A stretch of DNA of 64,000 nucleotides from Eledone cirrhosa. Lineage: Eukaryota. Below the pieces are notes generated by a model. The model saw nothing but the letters and a program-made list of their open reading frames with translations. It did no database searches and was not told where the DNA came from. Of this stretch, positions 53,805-64,000 are shown in pieces. The position numbers and the translations under genes were made by a program. Location of the stretch: contig OZ024742.1 of assembly GCA_964016885.1 (NCBI GenBank), positions 249,984,001 through 250,048,000 of the forward strand, read 5' to 3'. Position 1 is the stretch's first letter; every line of letters starts with the position of its first letter.

Positions 53805-53880
<76 letters not shown>

Positions 53881-53966
53881 ACATATATATATATATACAC
53901 ATATATATATACATACATAAATATATATATACATATATATACATATATATATATATATACATACAC

Positions 53967-54040
<74 letters not shown>

Positions 54041-54127
54041 ATAATAATACATTTGAAGACTAAAATCCAAAGAGGGCTCGATAAGGATAAATATATATCA
54101 AATATATAAAAACCGTAGAGCAAATAT

Positions 54128-54251
54128 TTATTAAAATAACAGATTAAAGTTTAAGCAAAGAATCGCTGCTTTCACCCTTAACGGGATCTTCAGAAGATCC
54201 CGTTAAGGGTGAAAGCAGCGATTCTTTGCTTAAACTTTAATCAGTTATTTT

Positions 54252-54256
<5 letters not shown>
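54128..54256. repeat. 129-bp near-perfect palindrome centred on a hammerhead core
   Basis: 64-bp arms with 1 mismatch, centre A54192; minus strand reads CUGAAGA-UCCC-GUUAA-GGGU-GAAA. Confidence 0.9.
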
Positions 54257-54324
<68 letters not shown>

Positions 54325-54329
<5 letters not shown>

Positions 54330-55085
54330 AACAAGGAGAGAAGAATTATGCATGGTTGCACATGGATTACATATTATAAAATTAGTCCCTCATCAGTGAT
54401 TTGCCAACCATCATTGGTATTTCATCGCATTAAAAATCAGATACCTCAGGTTGGTGCGAGCAATAACTAAAAAAAGCTATTGGGACAAGTGAAACGCGTA
54501 AAGCGAGTGAGACAAGTAAACAGCAGAAGGAAAAGCAAACCCAAGGTTGGAAAAACAGCAAGCACATGATAGTTATCCGATCAGCATAATCTGGGTGAAT
54601 TTCATGAGCGCTCAGCGAAGCAGACCGTACGCCGTGAATGCGGTGTGAGAGGGAAGGAACCCCACTACTAGCGAACGAGAGGAAGTGAGAAGGGGAGAAA
54701 CAGAAAGTGAGTGAGTAGAAGTGCGAGGAAGAGGTCAGTCGAGAGAAAGTGTTAACTAACAGAGGGGGCGAAAGAAGGTAAGAGAAACAGAGAAAACGGG
54801 GGAGCAGTAAGAGAGAAAGAGAGAAACAGATAATTGCAGTTTAGGTAAATATATATGAAAAACAAGGAGAGAAGAATACTGCATGGTTGCACATGGATTA
54901 CATATTATAAAATTAGTCCCTCATCAGTGATTTGCCAACCATCATTGGTATTTCATCGCATTAAAAATCAGATACCTCAGGTTGGTGCGAGCAATAACTA
55001 AAAAAAGCTATTGGGACAAGTGAAACGCGTAAAGCGAGTGAGACAAGTAAACAACAGAAGGAAAAGCAAACCGAAAGTTGGAAAA

Positions 55086-55088
<3 letters not shown>
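54325..55088 (-). mobile_element. Direct-repeat element (about 233-bp repeats, period about 531), PLE pLTR-like
   Basis: 54325-54557 repeated at 54856-55088; third copy inverted at about 59290-59535; CUGAUGAG present but no GAAA. Confidence 0.7.
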
Positions 55089-55163
<75 letters not shown>

Positions 55164-55189
55164 TTATTAATATATATATATTTATATTC

Positions 55190-55244
<55 letters not shown>

Positions 55245-55761
55245 CGTGCGTATACATATATATATTGTAAACTTCGGCTGTTTAGCACATTTCATAGTAT
55301 ATATCTTAATTAACTACCAACCCGAACAAAATTATATATCTTATTTCACAACAGTACTAAGAGTGAACGGGTATATAAACCAATTGATTACCTTCTTTCC
55401 TCGTGGTTGTTTAGATGATAAACATCACTTCTGATGAAGACCCAATGATGTCGAAGACCAATTAAATGTGTTCATCATTTTTTTCAATACACGGGTTTAT
55501 TCGTATTTTCTGACATGTTTGCAAGTCGCTGCAATACCTTCCCCCTTTTTTTTTCTTTTCCTCTTTTTAGTTTTTATTTTCCTATTTTACATTTAAATTC
55601 TTCTCGATCTAAATTTTCCTGTCTTCTTTTTCTGTTAAACTGTATTTACAGAAATAAAATTTCTTATATATAAAAAAAATGTATATATTAATATACATAT
55701 TATCACAGTCTCGGTTCCACACCCTGTACATATACAGATATAACTTGCACTGCTTAGCGAA

Positions 55762-55946
55762 GAGCGGTGAGTTGGTAGTATCGGTAGAGGGTCGGACGCC
55801 ATGCTTTCTAGCACAGTTTCGTCCCTTTACGGACTAAGTTCAAATCCCGCCGAGGTTAACTTTGCCTTTTATCCTTACGGGGTCGATAAAATAAAGTACC
55901 AGTAATGCACTGGACTAATTGCTGGCCTTGTGCCAAAAGTAGAAAC

Positions 55947-55950
<4 letters not shown>
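55762..55950 (+). mobile_element. SINE family A
   Basis: AGCGGTGAGTTGGTAGTATCGGTAGAGGG...AAGTTCAAATCCCGCCGAGG...GTAGAAACAATTA. Confidence 0.9.
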
Positions 55951-55984
<34 letters not shown>

Positions 55985-56424
55985 TGAAACAAAATGAAAA
56001 CGAAATTTCATTTCTCACTCTTAGTATGGCACTTAGTTGCCTTAACACCGTATGGCATAAATTCAGGCTGTTCAGTTTGTTTACAAACGAACAAAGCGAC
56101 GTTAGCGCCGCTAAACTGATACGTGCATATATGTATGTGTACCTGTATGCATATGTATGTATATATGTATATATATATATATATGTGCATGCTACTGTAC
56201 GTCTGTATACATATATGTATGTACGTATACATGCATACTTACATTTAAGTAAGTGCCATACTAAGAGTGAGAAATGAAATTTCGTTTTCATTTTGTTTCA
56301 ATTTATCGTTTTCGGTATGCCTGACCGATTTAACTCACTCAATATGCAAATTAGGCTGCTCAGCCGTTAATTTTCATAAGGAAAGTATATACTTTCGAAC
56401 GTTCAACTATCTGGCAGATGGGTA

Positions 56425-56469
56425 AACGGTGCTGATGATAGCTAACAAGCTTGAAACTAGTACATCGTT
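56425..56469 (+). ncRNA. Minimal type I hammerhead, array copy 1
   Basis: AACGGUG-CUGAUGA-U-AGCU-AACA-AGCU-U-GAAA-CUAG-UA-CAUCGUU; predicted cut after A56462. Confidence 0.85.
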
Positions 56470-56890
56470 CCTGTGTCAGTGTTGAACAAAAAGGTGACGT
56501 GGTTGCCTTAACACCGTATGGCATAAATTCAGGCTGTTCAGTTTGTTTACAAACGAACAAAGCGACGTTAGCGCCGCTAAACTGATACGTGCATATATGT
56601 ATGTGTACCTGTATGCATATGTATGTATATATGTATATATATATATATATGTGCATGCTACTGTACGTCTGTATACATATATGTATGTACGTATACATGC
56701 ATACTTACATTTAAGTAAGTGCCATACTAAGAGTGAGAAATGAAATTTCGTTTTCATTTTGTTTCAATTTATCGTTTTCGGTATGCCTGACCGATTTAAC
56801 TCACTCAATATGCAAATTAGGCTGCTCAGCCGTTAATTTTCATAAGGAAAGTATATACTTTCGAACGTTCAACTATCTGGCAGATGGGTA

Positions 56891-56935
56891 AACGGTGCTG
56901 ATGATAGCTAACAAGCTTGAAACTAGTACATCGTT
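56891..56935 (+). ncRNA. Minimal type I hammerhead, array copy 2
   Basis: Identical to copy 1. Confidence 0.85.
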
Positions 56936-57356
56936 CCTGTGTCAGTGTTGAACAAAAAGGTGACGTGGTTGCCTTAACACCGTATGGCATAAATTCAGGC
57001 TGTTCAGTTTGTTTACAAACGAACAAAGCGACGTTAGCGCCGCTAAACTGATACGTGCATATATGTATGTGTACCTGTATGCATATGTATGTATATATGT
57101 ATATATATATATATATGTGCATGCTACTGTACGTCTGTATACATATATGTATGTACGTATACATGCATACTTACATTTAAGTAAGTGCCATACTAAGAGT
57201 GAGAAATGAAATTTCGTTTTCATTTTGTTTCAATTTATCGTTTTCGGTATGCCTGACCGATTTAACTCACTCAATATGCAAATTAGGCTGCTCAGCCGTT
57301 AATTTTCATAAGGAAAGTATATACTTTCGAACGTTCAACTATCTGGCAGATGGGTA

Positions 57357-57401
57357 AACGGTGCTGATGATAGCTAACAAGCTTGAAACTAGTACATCGT
57401 T
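57357..57401 (+). ncRNA. Minimal type I hammerhead, array copy 3
   Basis: Identical to copy 1. Confidence 0.85.
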
Positions 57402-57822
57402 CCTGTGTCAGTGTTGAACAAAAAGGTGACGTGGTTGCCTTAACACCGTATGGCATAAATTCAGGCTGTTCAGTTTGTTTACAAACGAACAAAGCGACGT
57501 TAGCGCCGCTAAACTGATACGTGCATATATGTATGTGTACCTGTATGCATATGTATGTATATATGTATATATATATATATATGTGCATGCTACTGTACGT
57601 CTGTATACATATATGTATGTACGTATACATGCATACTTACATTTAAGTAAGTGCCATACTAAGAGTGAGAAATGAAATTTCGTTTTCATTTTGTTTCAAT
57701 TTATCGTTTTCGGTATGCCTGACCGATTTAACTCACTCAATATGCAAATTAGGCTGCTCAGCCGTTAATTTTCATAAGGAAAGTATATACTTTCGAACGT
57801 TCAACTATCTGGCAGATGGGTA

Positions 57823-57867
57823 AACGGTGCTGATGATAGCTAACAAGCTTGAAACTAGTACATCGTT
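57823..57867 (+). ncRNA. Minimal type I hammerhead, array copy 4
   Basis: Identical to copy 1. Confidence 0.85.
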
Positions 57868-57884
57868 CCTGTGTCAGTGTTGAA

Positions 57885-57918
<34 letters not shown>

Positions 57919-58314
57919 TGACGTGGTTGCCTTAACACCGTATGGCATAAATTCAGGCTGTTCAGTTTGTTTACAAACGAACAAAGCGACGTTAGCGCCG
58001 CTAAACTGATACGTGCATATATGTATGTGTACCTGTATGCATATGTATGTATATATGTATATATATATATATATGTGCATGCTACTGTACGTCTGTATAC
58101 ATATATGTATGTACGTATACATGCATACTTACATTTAAGTAAGTGCCATACTAAGAGTGAGAAATGAAATTTCGTTTTCATTTTGTTTCAATTTATCGTT
58201 TTCGGTATGCCTGACCGATTTAACTCACTCAATATGCAAATTAGGCTGCTCAGCCGTTAATTTTCATAAGGAAAGTATATACTTTCGAACGTTCAACTAT
58301 CTGGCAGATGGGTA

Positions 58315-58359
58315 AACGGTGCTGATGATAGCTAACAAGCTTGAAACTAGTACATCGTT
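58315..58359 (+). ncRNA. Minimal type I hammerhead, array copy 5
   Basis: Identical to copy 1. Confidence 0.85.
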
Positions 58360-59001
58360 CCTGTGTCAGTGTTGAACAAAAAGGTGACGTGGTTGCCTTA
58401 ACACCGTATGGCATAAATTCAGGCTGTTCAGTTTGTTTACAAACGAACAAAGCGACGTTAGCGCCGCTAAACTGATACGTGCATATATGTATGTGTACCT
58501 GTATGCATATGTATGTATATATGTATATATATATATATATGTGCATGCTACTGTACGTCTGTATACATATATGTATGTACGTATACATGCATACTTACAT
58601 TTATATATATATATATTTATATATAAATATACGGTATGTTTGTCAGCAGTAGCAAGAGAGGCAACGTTACTAAGCGAAGAAATGGTAGGTGTGTAGTAGG
58701 AAGAAAGGTGACATTGCTGAGGTAATATACGGTTTGTAAGTAGCAAGAGAGGTGACGCTGCTCTGTAATGTCGTCTGGAGACTGGTGTAAGCAGAGGTAA
58801 ACAGTGGTATGCAAGAGCAGAAATGGCGACGGTGCTGCTACCTGGTTAATTGGTATCCTGCTGTCATATAAATTTCCTTGACACATCTCCCTACTGATAT
58901 TCCTTTTCGATATGGCAACTAAAGCTATAGTCATGGGGATACAGGTATGTAGGTATTCTAGCGATACTTCTTACACGACACATAAATAATATATGTATAT
59001 A

Positions 59002-59070
<69 letters not shown>

Positions 59071-59092
59071 GTTTATATATATAGAGAGAGGG

Positions 59093-59142
<50 letters not shown>

Positions 59143-59210
59143 ATAGACAGATATGTTAATATATATTTGTATATATATATATATATACATGTTAATATAT
59201 ATATATACAT

Positions 59211-59281
<71 letters not shown>

Positions 59282-59552
59282 AACCATGTTGCTTGTTTTT
59301 TTTCTATCTTCAGTTTGCTTTTATCCTTCTATGTTGTTTACTTGTCTCACTCGCTTTACGCGACTCACTTGTCCCAATAGCTTTTTTTAGTTATTGCTCG
59401 CACCAACCTGAGGTATATGATTTTTAATGCAATGAAATACCAATGATGGTTGGCAAATCACTGACGAGGGACTAATTTTATAATATGTAACCCATGTGCA
59501 ACCACGCAGTATTTCTCTTTCTTCTCGTGTTTTTTATACATATATATATATA

Positions 59553-60552
<1,000 letters not shown>

Positions 60553-60565
60553 TATATATATATAC

Positions 60566-60598
<33 letters not shown>

Positions 60599-60703
60599 CA
60601 TATATAAAATTAGAAATTTGTTTCTTGCCCCAGCACAGCTGATACATAAATGTAAATATGCACACGTACACACACACACAAACACACACACACACACACA
60701 AAC

Positions 60704-60789
<86 letters not shown>

Positions 60790-60794
<5 letters not shown>

Positions 60795-61650
60795 CAATAT
60801 CGGAGAAAGCTTTTTAGTGATAGTCCGGCCAAATTCCAACTCACTCAACAAACATTAGGAAATAAGTGATTATATTCCCAATTATGCGTTCGGGGTGCTA
60901 ACTAAAAGTATTGCGTTTAAAATTGGCTGTATTATTTCATATGAGACATATCGAATATATCTCTTCCCAGACGGACGTCTCGTTTCATTAGAGGATTCCT
61001 ACAAATTGGGTTAAATTATACCAATTTATGTAGGGAGCTTGTATACCATCAATAGATATATATTCAAGTGGGCTCCTATAATTCATCAGTGGGTACCCCA
61101 ATAATACTAATATAGATAATCTAACCAACATCAGTATTTAGCGATAATCATCTGTACTTGAGGTATATGTCAGGTTGCCAGTCCAGCAGTTCTAAAGAAA
61201 TACTCAAACTGATTAAAAAATGAGGAAGTAAATTACCGCCAAAAAACAATACATGCGCATGACAATGAATTCTAAAAGGAATTCAGGCCACGTGCTAAGA
61301 AGTCAATTGGAAATTGAAAAAATATCTATGTGTGTACAACATTTGGTGACACACAGATATTTTCTCGGGCAAAATAACAGAATGAGATATAAGGAACAAT
61401 CAATATTCATATTTAAAAAATAAACAAAGAAATTCTAAACTTATACCGGGAAAATTTCAATTCTGCTGCGCCAAGAGTAAATAAATAAATACAATATCGG
61501 AGAAAGCTTTTTAGCGATACTCCGGCCAAATTCCAACTCACTCAACAAACATTAGGAAATAAGTGATTATATTCCCAATTATGCGTTCGGGGTGCTAACT
61601 AAAAGTATTGCGTGGAAAATTGGCTGTATTATTTCATATGAGACATATAT
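60790..61650. repeat. About 160-bp direct repeats (60790-60950 and 61486-61650) around unique sequence
   Basis: AAATACAATATCGGAGAAAGC...CATATGAGACATAT occurs twice. Confidence 0.8.
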
Positions 61651-61662
61651 GTGTGTGTGTGT

Positions 61663-63939
<2,277 letters not shown>

Positions 63940-64000
63940 CGTAAATACTATATATCTCTCTCTCTATATATATATATATAGTATTTACGTATCGACAGAG

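Larger units (their letters stand above)
52062..53805 (-). mobile_element. Non-coding element with about 425-bp direct repeats (period 1311), each carrying an HHR
   Basis: 52062-52488 repeated at 53373-53799; HHRs at 52190-52263 and 53501-53574 (-); (TA)n flanks. Confidence 0.85.
55979..58602 (+). repeat. 466-bp tandem array (about 5.5 units) with one hammerhead per unit; retrozyme-like
   Basis: Unit starts 56036, 56502, 56968, 57434, 57926, 58392; 57-bp inverted leader 55979-56035; (TA)n flanks. Confidence 0.95.

Noticed and set aside
56036-58602. Repeated 66-126 aa ORFs as a tandem gene cluster, or a CRISPR-like array
   Set aside because: ORFs are dominated by TA/TG low complexity; units are identical with no variable spacers; eukaryotic context

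Overview
AT-rich, microsatellite-saturated eukaryotic DNA with no host protein-coding exon that I can support. The SINE families and repeat landscape resemble a cephalopod (octopus-like) genome; this is inference. Most ORFs in the track are translations of (TA)n, (CA)n, (TACA)n or (AGT)n repeats. Recognisable content: two decayed Penelope-like elements (RT + GIY-YIG; 21.0-23.6 kb + and 61.7-63.8 kb -), each with an inverted terminal repeat and a hammerhead motif; a nearly intact RTE LINE with three C-terminal C2H2 fingers (46.7-50.6 kb -) and non-autonomous derivatives; decayed R4/Dong, L1/Tx1 and RTE fragments; non-autonomous Helitrons; and about a dozen tRNA-derived SINEs. The most striking signal is non-coding: about 20 type I hammerhead ribozyme (HHR) motifs from many unrelated sequence families. 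They sit in tandem, direct-repeat and fold-back elements embedded in (TA)n. These include a near-identical 466-bp tandem array with one minimal HHR per unit (56.0-58.6 kb) and a 1311-bp direct-repeat element with an HHR in each repeat (52.1-53.8 kb). Both look like retrozyme-type (possibly circular-RNA-producing) non-autonomous Penelope partners. All structures were paired by eye; none was computed or tested.
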